Source of the DNA: Candidatus Saccharimonadota bacterium
Lineage (GTDB): Archaea > Micrarchaeota > Micrarchaeia > Micrarchaeales > Micrarchaeaceae
DNA length: 32,000 bases
Reading direction: 5' to 3'
NCBI GenBank assembly: GCA_963698035.1
Contig: OY969114.1
Location: 570,001 to 602,000 of the forward strand
The notes below the pieces were generated by a model that was given only the letters and a program-made list of their open reading frames with translations, had not been told where the DNA came from and ran no database searches. Each line of letters opens with the position of its first letter. The stretch's first letter is position 1. Positions 24,460 to 32,000 of this stretch are shown piece after piece. A program made the translations under genes and the position numbers.

Positions 24460-25164
24460 GTGCTTGAGATAAAGGAGAGCAACATAATGGTCGTGAAACG
24501 CAGGAAGGACCGCGTTCTGCTATCAGACAACATAGTCTATTCCAGGCTCAAGGACGGAACCATATACACGAGAAGCTACTGGGACTACTTCTCGGTGCTC
24601 CCGGCACTCTACAGCAACCCAAAAATTCTGATGATAGGCCTCGGAGGCGGAACGATACCCTACCAGATCAATCACCTGTTTGGAAGCAGGGCCAAGATAG
24701 ACGTGGTTGAGATAGACCCGAACATGGTGACGGCGTCAAAGGCGTTCCTTCCAGGAAAGATCGATGCGAATATAATAATAGAGGACGGCTTTGCATATGT
24801 CGCAAAGTGCAAGGGCGAATACGACGTAATAATACTCGACTCATTCAAGAAGGACAACATACCAGACCCATTTTTTGAAGAGAAGTTCATAGAAAACGTC
24901 TACAACGCACTGACAGACGACGGGGTGTTTGCAATAAACTATACATTCAGCACAATCGGAGTGCTGAGGCAGCATTCCTACAAGGCGATAATGGAGAAAA
25001 GGTTCAATGTCTATGCGATAAACCTGCAGCCGATGCTCGCAAACCAGATATTCATAGCATCGAAGAGGTTCTCAAAGGAAGAGATGCTGGAGCTGCTGGA
25101 AAAGGGCTTCCCGAAGGGCGCAGAGAACGCCTTCATCCTTAATGGGTATAAGAGAATGGGCTAA
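24460..25164 (+). CDS. Spermidine-synthase-like (PABS fold) class I methyltransferase/aminopropyltransferase
   Basis: ILMIGLGGGTIP, IDVVEIDPNMV and YDVIILDSF follow the spermidine synthase family layout. GTG start; ATG 24487 is an alternative. Confidence 0.6.
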   Translation: MLEIKESNIMVVKRRKDRVLLSDNIVYSRLKDGTIYTRSYWDYFSVLPALYSNPKILMIGLGGGTIPYQINHLFGSRAKIDVVEIDPNMVTASKAFLPGKIDANIIIEDGFAYVAKCKGEYDVIILDSFKKDNIPDPFFEEKFIENVYNALTDDGVFAINYTFSTIGVLRQHSYKAIMEKRFNVYAINLQPMLANQIFIASKRFSKEEMLELLEKGFPKGAENAFILNGYKRMG

Positions 25165-25185
25165 CGCAACGAATATATTGCTTGT

Positions 25186-26467
25186 TCCTCCACAATGTAT
25201 ATAAATATTAATTGTGTAATAGAAACGGTCACGATGAAAACATCATACAGATTTAGGGCGTATCCTTCACGATCTCAGAAATCAATACTCAATCGTCAGA
25301 TGTATCTGTCAAAACAACTCTACAATCTTCTCCTAGAACAGTCGCAAAAACACTTTAAGGAAACTGGAAAGATCTTCACAAAATATGATATGAACAAGTG
25401 GATTACAAAACTCAAAAAGAAGAATCCAGAATTCAATGAATTATATACTCAGGTATGTCAAAACGTCGCAGATAGAGTCTCAAAAGGATACAAAAGTTTC
25501 TTTAGGAGAATAAAGGAAAGGAAACAAGGAAAGAGAATTAAGGTCGGATTCCCACGTTTCAAGTCATATGTCTCTTCATTGACATATCCTCAATTAGGCT
25601 TCAACATAGAAAAGAAACGAATATCAATCTCAAAGATAGGTAGAATAAATTTCGTCAACCACAGAGATATAGAAGGAAAGATAAAGACACTATCAATAAA
25701 ACAGACAAAGTCACAGGAGTGGTATATCACATTATCTGTTGAAAAAGAAGATACGACGCTCTACATAAATGACAAACCAGCAATTGGTATGGACTTAGGA
25801 CTCAACGAATATGCAACTTTATCTGACGGAACAAAAATTCCAAATCCCAAAATCTCAAACAAATCAATCGACAAACTAAAAATGATTCAGAGACGGTTGT
25901 CAAAGAAGAAGGGAGGGGGTAAAAATAGAAAAACGGCAAGAATCAAACTTGCAAGAATATCAGAACACATTGCAAGGCAACGAGCAGATATTCTTCACAA
26001 GACTTCTCATTGTCTTGTAAATTCATATTCATTCATTGCATACGAGGAACTACAGATTGCAAATATGGTAAAAAACCATCATCTTGCAAGACAGATAATG
26101 GACGCTTCTTGGAGTAAATTTATCCAATATCTCTGCTACAAGGCTGAAAGTGCTGGTTGCAGAGTTGTTGGAGTAAACCCAAAGAACACCTCGAAAACAT
26201 GTAGCGGATGTGGAAGTATACGGGATATCGAATTGAGCGAAAGGACATTTCACTGTCAAAAATGCGGAATGTCAAAGGACAGGGACCTGAATGCTTCAAT
26301 AAATATCCTAACTACCGCAGGGCATGCGGGAAGTAACGCCTCTGGAGACGTTGTAAGACCTCAATTACAGAAGGCAGTCGTCGTTGAATCAGGAACTATA
26401 TTTGGTGGTGCATCGTGACCAACGAAAAAACCGCCATTGGAAGCCTACAAATTCATTTGTGGGAGGA
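25186..26467 (+). mobile_element. IS200/IS605-family element carrying only tnpB (no tnpA); boundaries approximate
   Basis: An AT-rich block. Imperfect inverted termini: tcctccacaatg (25186-25197) versus the reverse complement of catttgtgggagga (26454-26467), which is tcctcccacaaatg. It is inserted between the PABS-like gene and the OADHC operon. Confidence 0.65.
25234..26418 (+). CDS. tnpB: TnpB (IS605 OrfB-family RNA-guided RuvC nuclease), apparently intact
   Basis: N-terminal MKTSYRFRAYPS, RuvC-I IGMDLGLNEYA, RuvC-II IAYEELQI, zinc ribbon CSGCG...CQKCG and RuvC-III DRDLNASINI. ATG 25234 lies about 30 nt downstream of the A/T box tatataaatatt. Confidence 0.9.
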   Translation: MKTSYRFRAYPSRSQKSILNRQMYLSKQLYNLLLEQSQKHFKETGKIFTKYDMNKWITKLKKKNPEFNELYTQVCQNVADRVSKGYKSFFRRIKERKQGKRIKVGFPRFKSYVSSLTYPQLGFNIEKKRISISKIGRINFVNHRDIEGKIKTLSIKQTKSQEWYITLSVEKEDTTLYINDKPAIGMDLGLNEYATLSDGTKIPNPKISNKSIDKLKMIQRRLSKKKGGGKNRKTARIKLARISEHIARQRADILHKTSHCLVNSYSFIAYEELQIANMVKNHHLARQIMDASWSKFIQYLCYKAESAGCRVVGVNPKNTSKTCSGCGSIRDIELSERTFHCQKCGMSKDRDLNASINILTTAGHAGSNASGDVVRPQLQKAVVVESGTIFGGAS

Positions 26468-26508
26468 TGTCACATTGCTTTGTTGTGTAAGCGTTCTGTG
26501 GTGGTCTA

Positions 26509-27582
26509 TTGCTTAAGGATGTGTTTGATGCCTCTATAAATTACATGCAGGTGATGGACGAGCAGGGCAACATAGACCAGCAGCTCTTCCCCAAGGACGT
26601 TGATGATAATAAAATAATAGAGATGTACACGTGGATGTGCTTCTCAAGGGCTCTCGATGCAAAGGTGCTGAGCCTGCAGAGGCAGGGGCGCGCAGTAACA
26701 TATGCGCCGCTGCTAGGCGAGGAAGCCACGCAGATAGGAGGGGGCATCGCAATGGGCCCCAACGACTTCTTCGTGCCGAATTTCAGGCAGCACGGCCTCT
26801 TCCTCTTGAGGGGCTTACCGCTTGACGTATTCTTCCTGTACTGGAAGGGATACGAAGAAGGCAACCTGCTCGGCAAAGAGCTAAAGGCGCTGCCCTACAT
26901 AGTACCTGTCGCATCTCAGCTGCCCCACGCTGTGGGCATAGCGTTTGCCCAGAAGTACAAGAACACGGGAGGCACAGTGCTCACATTCGTGGGAGATGGC
27001 GGCACTTCCGAGGGTGACTTCTACGAGGCGATGAACTTTGCAGGAGTGATGAAGCTCCCGGTCGTATTCATAATCGAAAACAACGGTTGGGCGATATCGG
27101 AGCCGAGGAGCATGCAGACTATCGCGCCGACCCTCGCTCAGAAGGCGATAGCAGCCGGCATTCCTGCGATTCAGGTGGACGGCAACGATGTGCTGGCCGT
27201 CTACAAGGCGACGAAGGAGGCGATATTGAATTCCAAGAACGGCCCTACGGTAATCGAATGCCTGACATACAGGATGGGCATGCACACCACCGCCGACGAC
27301 CCTACAAAATACAGGAGCGATGCGGAAGTTGAGCAGTGGAAGGCGAAGGACCCGATCGCAAGAGTAAGGAGCTACCTTTCAAGGAAGGGGCTCTGGGACG
27401 ATGCGAAAGAGAAGGAGATGCAGGACTCCCAGCTCAAGCAGATCGACGCCGCTGTTGAGAAGGCCGAGTCGTTCAAAGCCGACCCAAAGAGCATGTTCGA
27501 GAATGTCTACAGCTTCATGCCCGACACGCTGAAGGAGGAGATGGATGCCGCGATTGCGGCAAACTTCTGGCAGGGGCAATGA
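26509..27582 (+). CDS. 2-oxoacid dehydrogenase E1 component, alpha subunit (ThDP-binding)
   Basis: ThDP motif GDGGTSEGDFYEAMNFAGVMKLPVVFIIENNGWAIS. TTG start. Confidence 0.9.
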   Translation: MLKDVFDASINYMQVMDEQGNIDQQLFPKDVDDNKIIEMYTWMCFSRALDAKVLSLQRQGRAVTYAPLLGEEATQIGGGIAMGPNDFFVPNFRQHGLFLLRGLPLDVFFLYWKGYEEGNLLGKELKALPYIVPVASQLPHAVGIAFAQKYKNTGGTVLTFVGDGGTSEGDFYEAMNFAGVMKLPVVFIIENNGWAISEPRSMQTIAPTLAQKAIAAGIPAIQVDGNDVLAVYKATKEAILNSKNGPTVIECLTYRMGMHTTADDPTKYRSDAEVEQWKAKDPIARVRSYLSRKGLWDDAKEKEMQDSQLKQIDAAVEKAESFKADPKSMFENVYSFMPDTLKEEMDAAIAANFWQGQ

Positions 27583-27591
27583 GATGCTAGC

Positions 27592-28557
27592 ATGATGGCA
27601 AATATGGTAACCGCGTTGAACAGTGCGCTTGACTCTATACTCGCAGAGAACAGCGATGTCATAATCTTGGGGGAGGACGTTGCAAAGGACGGAGGGGTTT
27701 TCAGGGTCACTGATGGTCTCTACCAGAAATACGGAGGGCAGAGAGTCATAGACACCCCGCTAGCTGAATCCGGGATACTTGGAATGTCGATAGGAATGGC
27801 CCTTGTTGGAATGCGGCCCATCCCCGAAATACAGTTCGCAGGCTTCATGTATATGGGATTCGACCAGCTCATAAACCACGCAGCAAGGTACAGGAGCAGG
27901 ACGAGGTCGGCAAGGAGCGTCCCGATGGTGGTGAGGACCCCTGTAAGCGGAGGGGTCAGGACGCTAGAGCACCATTCGGACAGCCCAGAGGTGTATTACT
28001 CTCATGTTGGCGGACTTGTAGTAGTGGAGCCGTCAAATCCCTACGACGCAAAAGGGCTCCTGATAAGGGCTTCGCACATGGACGATCCTGTCATATTCCT
28101 CGAGCCCACAAAGCTCTACAGGCTCTTCAAGCAGGAGGTTCCGGAGGGGTCGTACGAGGTACCTATAGGAAAGGCGAACGTCATGAAGGAGGGTGATGAC
28201 CTTACCATAATAACATGGGGGACGATGGTCTCAGTAGTGAGCAATGCCGTAGAAAAGAAGGGCACGAACGCAGAGATAATAGACCTCAGGACGATAAACC
28301 CGATGGACGAGGCCACAATAATAGAGAGCGTGAAGAAGACCGGAAGGGCGATGATCGTGCACGAGGCGCAACTCTCCTTCGGCGCAGGTGCGGAGGTTGC
28401 CGCAAGGATAGCAGAGAAGGCGATCTTCGAGCTCGACGCACCGATACTGAGGGTAGCGTCGGACAGCCTCCCGTATCCATACCCTGGATACGAGCAGTAC
28501 TACATACCTAACGAGGCAAAGGTATCCCAGGCTATAGACAAGATAATGTCCCAGTGA
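27592..28557 (+). CDS. 2-oxoacid dehydrogenase E1 component, beta subunit
   Basis: ILGEDVAKDGGVFRVTDGL, RVIDTPLAESGILG and the C-terminal transketolase-like domain. 9-nt gap after E1alpha. Confidence 0.9.
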   Translation: MMANMVTALNSALDSILAENSDVIILGEDVAKDGGVFRVTDGLYQKYGGQRVIDTPLAESGILGMSIGMALVGMRPIPEIQFAGFMYMGFDQLINHAARYRSRTRSARSVPMVVRTPVSGGVRTLEHHSDSPEVYYSHVGGLVVVEPSNPYDAKGLLIRASHMDDPVIFLEPTKLYRLFKQEVPEGSYEVPIGKANVMKEGDDLTIITWGTMVSVVSNAVEKKGTNAEIIDLRTINPMDEATIIESVKKTGRAMIVHEAQLSFGAGAEVAARIAEKAIFELDAPILRVASDSLPYPYPGYEQYYIPNEAKVSQAIDKIMSQ

Positions 28558-28561
28558 TAAG

Positions 28562-29779
28562 ATGAAAGAGATAAGATTTGTTGATGTTGGTGAAGGAATA
28601 ACAGAGGGCAAGATACAAAAGTGGCTGGTCAAGGACGGAGACCAGGTCAAGGAGGACCAGCCGGTCGTCCAGGTGGAGACCGACAAAGCGGTGGTAAATG
28701 TCCCGGCTCCGATAACCGGAGCAATAAAGATAAACATAGAGGAGGGTGCCACGCTGCATATCGGTGATGTCCTGGCCTACATTGGCACGCCGGATGAGCT
28801 GAAAGGCGCAGCAAAACAGACCGCGCAACCTGTACCCGCGCCTGCAGTAGCCCAGCCTGCCCAGGCCAAGAAAGCGGCCCCGCAGAAGGAGATAATTGCG
28901 ACTCCTTCCGTGAGGAAGCTTGCCCGCGACTTGAGAGCCGACCTCAATTTAATTGTTGGAACCGGGCCCGAAGGCAGGATAGTAGAAAACGATGTAAGGG
29001 CTGCTGCCTCGAAGAGCGTAGCGGCATCGGTTCTCCAGCAGAAGTACTCCGAGGTTCTTGAGGAAAAGCACGAAGAAGCTGTCGAAAGGGTGCCGCTGTC
29101 GATGACAAGGAAGGCGATAGCTCGGAACATGGAAGAGTCGGCTAAGATACCTCGGGCTGCGCACATGGACCTAATAAATGTAACAGAGCTCTTCAACCTC
29201 GTGTCCAAGGAGAAGCCGAGGGTGCAGAAGGAGAAGGACATACACCTTACCTTCTTACCGTTCATAATAAAGGCGACCATTGAGGCCTTGAAACAGAACC
29301 CCAACTTCAACGCGAGCTATGATGCAGAGAAGAGCGAGATAATACAGAAGAAGTACTACAACATCGGCCTTGCTGCAGAGGCGCCCGACGGCCTCAAGGT
29401 GGTTGTGATAAAGGATGCTGACAATAAGGACATACTGAAGATTGCAAAGGAGATACAGCAACTGCACAAGAAGCTTCTCGACCAGACTATAACAATAGAC
29501 GAGATGAGGGATACAACCTTCACCATAACCAACATAGGCAGCCTGGGGGGAGGGTTCCTCTCACTGCCGATGATAAACCCTCCAGATGTGGCGATATTGG
29601 GGATACACTCAATAATAGACTGGCCGTTTGTCGAGAAGGGTCAGGTGAGGATCGGAAAGATGCTGCCGTTCTCTCTTGCATTCGACCACAGGGTGGTTGA
29701 CGGTGCAGATGCTGTGAAGTTCGGCAACGCTTTCAAGGAATGCCTCGAGGATCCCGAATTCCTTGAGATGCTAGACTAA
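28562..29779 (+). CDS. Dihydrolipoamide acyltransferase (E2) with one lipoyl domain
   Basis: Lipoyl-lysine motif VETDKAVVNVPAP, Ala/Pro linker, subunit-binding domain ATPSVRKLARDL...GTGPEGRI, and catalytic DHRVVDG. Confidence 0.92.
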   Translation: MKEIRFVDVGEGITEGKIQKWLVKDGDQVKEDQPVVQVETDKAVVNVPAPITGAIKINIEEGATLHIGDVLAYIGTPDELKGAAKQTAQPVPAPAVAQPAQAKKAAPQKEIIATPSVRKLARDLRADLNLIVGTGPEGRIVENDVRAAASKSVAASVLQQKYSEVLEEKHEEAVERVPLSMTRKAIARNMEESAKIPRAAHMDLINVTELFNLVSKEKPRVQKEKDIHLTFLPFIIKATIEALKQNPNFNASYDAEKSEIIQKKYYNIGLAAEAPDGLKVVVIKDADNKDILKIAKEIQQLHKKLLDQTITIDEMRDTTFTITNIGSLGGGFLSLPMINPPDVAILGIHSIIDWPFVEKGQVRIGKMLPFSLAFDHRVVDGADAVKFGNAFKECLEDPEFLEMLD

Positions 29780-29950
29780 CTATCGCTAAGCCTCTTTATC
29801 GCCGAGGGTATTGTAGCAAAGCTGGATACGTTTAGATTTGTTTTCAACATTTTCTTCTTCGAGTATTTGATAATGTGCATCCGTGCTGATCGCGCCGCAC
29901 ATCAAAGAGTATTACCTTTATCCTGCCTACGCTCGTTCTTTTTTATAGCA

Positions 29951-29960
29951 AATTTAAATA
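29951..29960 (+). promoter_or_regulatory. Candidate TATA box for the E3 gene
   Basis: aatttaaata is centred about 34 nt upstream of ATG 29990, and a second A/T run ttttatagc lies at 29941-29949. It sits inside a 210-nt gap after E2. Confidence 0.45.
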
Positions 29961-29989
29961 TTCTCGTAGAGATAGCAATGTGATTCTTT

Positions 29990-31363
29990 ATGGTGATGGG
30001 GTCTCTGCCAGAGCAGGTTGACGTTGCCGTGATAGGCGGCGGCGTTGGCGGCTATGTTGCCGCGATACGCGCCTCGCAGCTGGGCAAGAGCGTGGCGCTC
30101 GTTGAGAAAGAAAAGCTCGGCGGCCATTGCTTGAATTATGCGTGCATACCATCAAAGACTATGATACACATTGCCAGTCTCTTCTATGATGCGCAGCATT
30201 CGCAGAAGTTCGGCCTAAATGTGGGGTCCGTCTCAATAGATGCCAAGAAGATGCTTGACTGGCGCATAGATGTATCGAACAAGCTCGAAGCCGGTGTTGG
30301 TTTCCTGTGCAAGTCGAACGGCATAGATGTGTTCAAGGGCACCGCAACGTTCCTCTCATCGAACAGCCTGCAGCTGACAGACGGCGTGACGCTGGAATTC
30401 AAGAAGGCGATAATCGCGACAGGGTCCGAGCCCACCGTATTGAAAGGGTTCGAGTTCGGCTCGGGCATAATCGGTTACAAGCAGGCGCTCATGCTCGATC
30501 ACATACCAAAAACAATGCTGATCATAGGCGCGGGTTATGTAGCTGTTGAGATTGGCACGCTCTATGCTAAAATAGGGACAAGCGTAACAGTATTGGCAAG
30601 GTCGGATGTGCTGTCGCATTTCGATGCAGACGCTGTCTCCTTGGTAAAGAAGCGCATGCAGGAGCTTGGCGTAAAGATAATAACTGGCGTGAACCCCACA
30701 TCAAGAAGCGGAAATACCATAACGCTGAGCAACGGGCAGCAGGTAGACGCGGAGGTCATTTTAGTCGCCACGGGCCTCTCGCCTTACACCCAGCAGCTTG
30801 GCCTTGAGAACACGAAGGTGGCGTTAAATGATAAGGGATTCATAACCGTTGACAACAAGATGCAGACCTCTGACCCGAACATATTGGCCGTTGGTGACGT
30901 AATCGGCGAGCCCCTCCTAGCCCACAAGGCAATCCGGCAGGGCGTGGTTGCGGGTGAGGTAGCCGCAGGCCAGGATTCCTCATATGACAACATAGTCGTG
31001 CCTGCGGTGATATTCTCAGACCCTGAAATAGCAATAGCGGGGAGCATTGCAGAGACCGAAGGGGTTAAGGTGGTGAAGTTCCCGTTCACAGCTCTAGGAA
31101 GGGCCGTTGCACTCGACTCTACAAATGGCTTTGTCAAGATTGCGTACGAGGATGACGGCCTTGTAAAGGGTGTAGAGATTGTGTCGCAGGGCGCCAACTC
31201 TATGATAGCCGAGGCAGCTCTCGCCATAGAGATGGGTGCCACATTGGAGGACATCGCCGACACGATACATCCACATCCAACGTACAGCGAGGCGATTCAG
31301 GAAGCGGCCGAGGCGGCTCTAGGCCGCGGCATACACTTCTTCTACGGAAAGCAGAACAAGTAG
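29990..31363 (+). CDS. lpdA: Dihydrolipoamide dehydrogenase (E3)
   Basis: FAD motif VIGGGVGGYVAA, redox disulfide GGHCLNYACIPSK, NAD motif IIGAGYVAVE, and the C-terminal HPHPTYSE interface motif. Confidence 0.92.
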   Translation: MVMGSLPEQVDVAVIGGGVGGYVAAIRASQLGKSVALVEKEKLGGHCLNYACIPSKTMIHIASLFYDAQHSQKFGLNVGSVSIDAKKMLDWRIDVSNKLEAGVGFLCKSNGIDVFKGTATFLSSNSLQLTDGVTLEFKKAIIATGSEPTVLKGFEFGSGIIGYKQALMLDHIPKTMLIIGAGYVAVEIGTLYAKIGTSVTVLARSDVLSHFDADAVSLVKKRMQELGVKIITGVNPTSRSGNTITLSNGQQVDAEVILVATGLSPYTQQLGLENTKVALNDKGFITVDNKMQTSDPNILAVGDVIGEPLLAHKAIRQGVVAGEVAAGQDSSYDNIVVPAVIFSDPEIAIAGSIAETEGVKVVKFPFTALGRAVALDSTNGFVKIAYEDDGLVKGVEIVSQGANSMIAEAALAIEMGATLEDIADTIHPHPTYSEAIQEAAEAALGRGIHFFYGKQNK

Positions 31364-31370
31364 TGCTCAG

Positions 31371-32000
31371 ATGGATTATGATACTTTTGAAAATGGTTTC
31401 TCGCACACCTCTCTGGGCGCCATACACTTCAAGCATCATCCTGGGACAAAAGAGAAGATAATATTTATACACGGATTGGGCGGGACCACCCTTGTATGGA
31501 AAAGACTCATGGAATACCTGCCCGACAACCTTGACGTATTCCTGATTGACCTGCTGGGGCACGGGGAGTCGGATGCACCTGACATAGATTACACGGTGAG
31601 CGTGCAGTTCCAGGCCCTCAGGGAGTTCATAGCGCTGCAGAACAACGGAGACAGCTACATCTGCGGCCATTCCTACGGCGGTTGGGTTGCCGCATATTAC
31701 GCTACGCAGCCCTGTGCATACAAGGGGCTGATACTTGAGGATTCGCCAGGTCTGAGCGAGCTCTTCAATGACCTGTCCGCGAGCAGCGAGGCGGACAAGC
31801 ACAAGGAATCAGTGCTAAGACTGGAACTCGGGGAGGGCAACAACGAAGCGGTCATGAGAAGCATAATCTACTCAAACTTCGATGTAGACCTGCTCACAAC
31901 ACAGGCGCTTTCAGAGATAAAGAGGAGGGTCCTGATACTGTGGGGCTCGAACGATGAGCTGATCCCGGTAAGATACGCCAATCTGTTCAAAGACAAGATA
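31371..32000 (+). CDS. Alpha/beta-fold hydrolase, N-terminal 210 codons (runs off the right edge)
   Basis: Absent from the ORF track because it has no stop in the window. ATG 31371 is 7 nt after the E3 stop. It has IIFIHGLGGT (oxyanion region), the nucleophile elbow GHSYGG and VLILWGSNDELIP. Confidence 0.75.
   Translation, partial: MDYDTFENGFSHTSLGAIHFKHHPGTKEKIIFIHGLGGTTLVWKRLMEYLPDNLDVFLIDLLGHGESDAPDIDYTVSVQFQALREFIALQNNGDSYICGHSYGGWVAAYYATQPCAYKGLILEDSPGLSELFNDLSASSEADKHKESVLRLELGEGNNEAVMRSIIYSNFDVDLLTTQALSEIKRRVLILWGSNDELIPVRYANLFKDKI

Noticed and set aside
25167-26426. 7-nt direct repeat caacgaa just after the PABS-like stop (25167-25173) and just after the tnpB stop (26420-26426) as a target-site duplication
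   Set aside because: It is too short to be significant. The second copy lies inside the element rather than at its end, and IS200/IS605 elements do not make target duplications.
28800-28880. Repetitive-looking GC-rich stretch (gcgcaacctgtacccgcgcctgcagtagcccagcctgcccaggcc) as a possible repeat or CRISPR-like element
   Set aside because: It encodes the Ala/Pro-rich flexible linker (AQPVPAPAVAQPAQAKKAAP) between the lipoyl and subunit-binding domains of E2. There is no spacer-repeat periodicity.
29786-29902. 38-codon minus-strand ORF in the E2-E3 spacer
   Set aside because: It has no promoter-like box at the right distance and no recognisable motif, and its length is within chance expectation. 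It is mentioned only under the spacer finding.
28231-31802. Long minus-strand ORFs across the OADHC genes (28231..28752, 28777..29310, 30784..31263, 31200..31802)
   Set aside because: They are antisense to E1beta, E2, E3 and the hydrolase, all of which carry diagnostic motifs. Their sequences are Ser/Arg/Pro-rich reverse-frame artefacts.

Overview
Gene-dense archaeal chromosomal segment. Most intergenic gaps are under 120 nt, and spot counts put G+C at roughly half. Archaeal hallmarks are a histone-fold protein, RFC large subunit, class I CCA-adding enzyme, AglH-type GT4 transferase, cis-prenyltransferase, and A/T-box promoters about 26-30 nt upstream of start codons, which suggests leaderless mRNAs. 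The bipartite LplA/LplB ligase plus a four-gene 2-oxoacid dehydrogenase complex (OADHC) resembles Thermoplasma. The histone and extreme compaction would also fit a small-genome acidophilic lineage such as DPANN/Micrarchaeota, but that is inference only.

Left to right the window holds:
- a truncated polytopic membrane protein;
- an AT-rich 2.4-kb islet (HIT hydrolase, frameshifted TraB/GumN-like gene, SAM methyltransferase) bounded by tRNA-Arg and a degenerate copy of its 3' end;
- aglH-like gene, tailed histone, nfo, asnS, a large membrane protein + uppS, and rfcL;
- an operon of KaiC-like ATPase, Cys-rich glycoprotein and RecJ-like DHH nuclease;
- a membrane glycoprotein + HTH regulator, an FNR-like reductase + cca, tRNA-Ala, and a histidine phosphatase;
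- an ABC-2 exporter, a cysteine hydrolase, and a TM protein with a degenerate HKD motif;
- a lipoate block: lipA, lplA/lplB, a solo TnpB element, E1alpha/E1beta/E2/E3, and a truncated alpha/beta hydrolase.

I saw no CRISPR array, rRNA or recognisable defence island. The candidates for novelty are modest and listed as findings; none is a proven new system.
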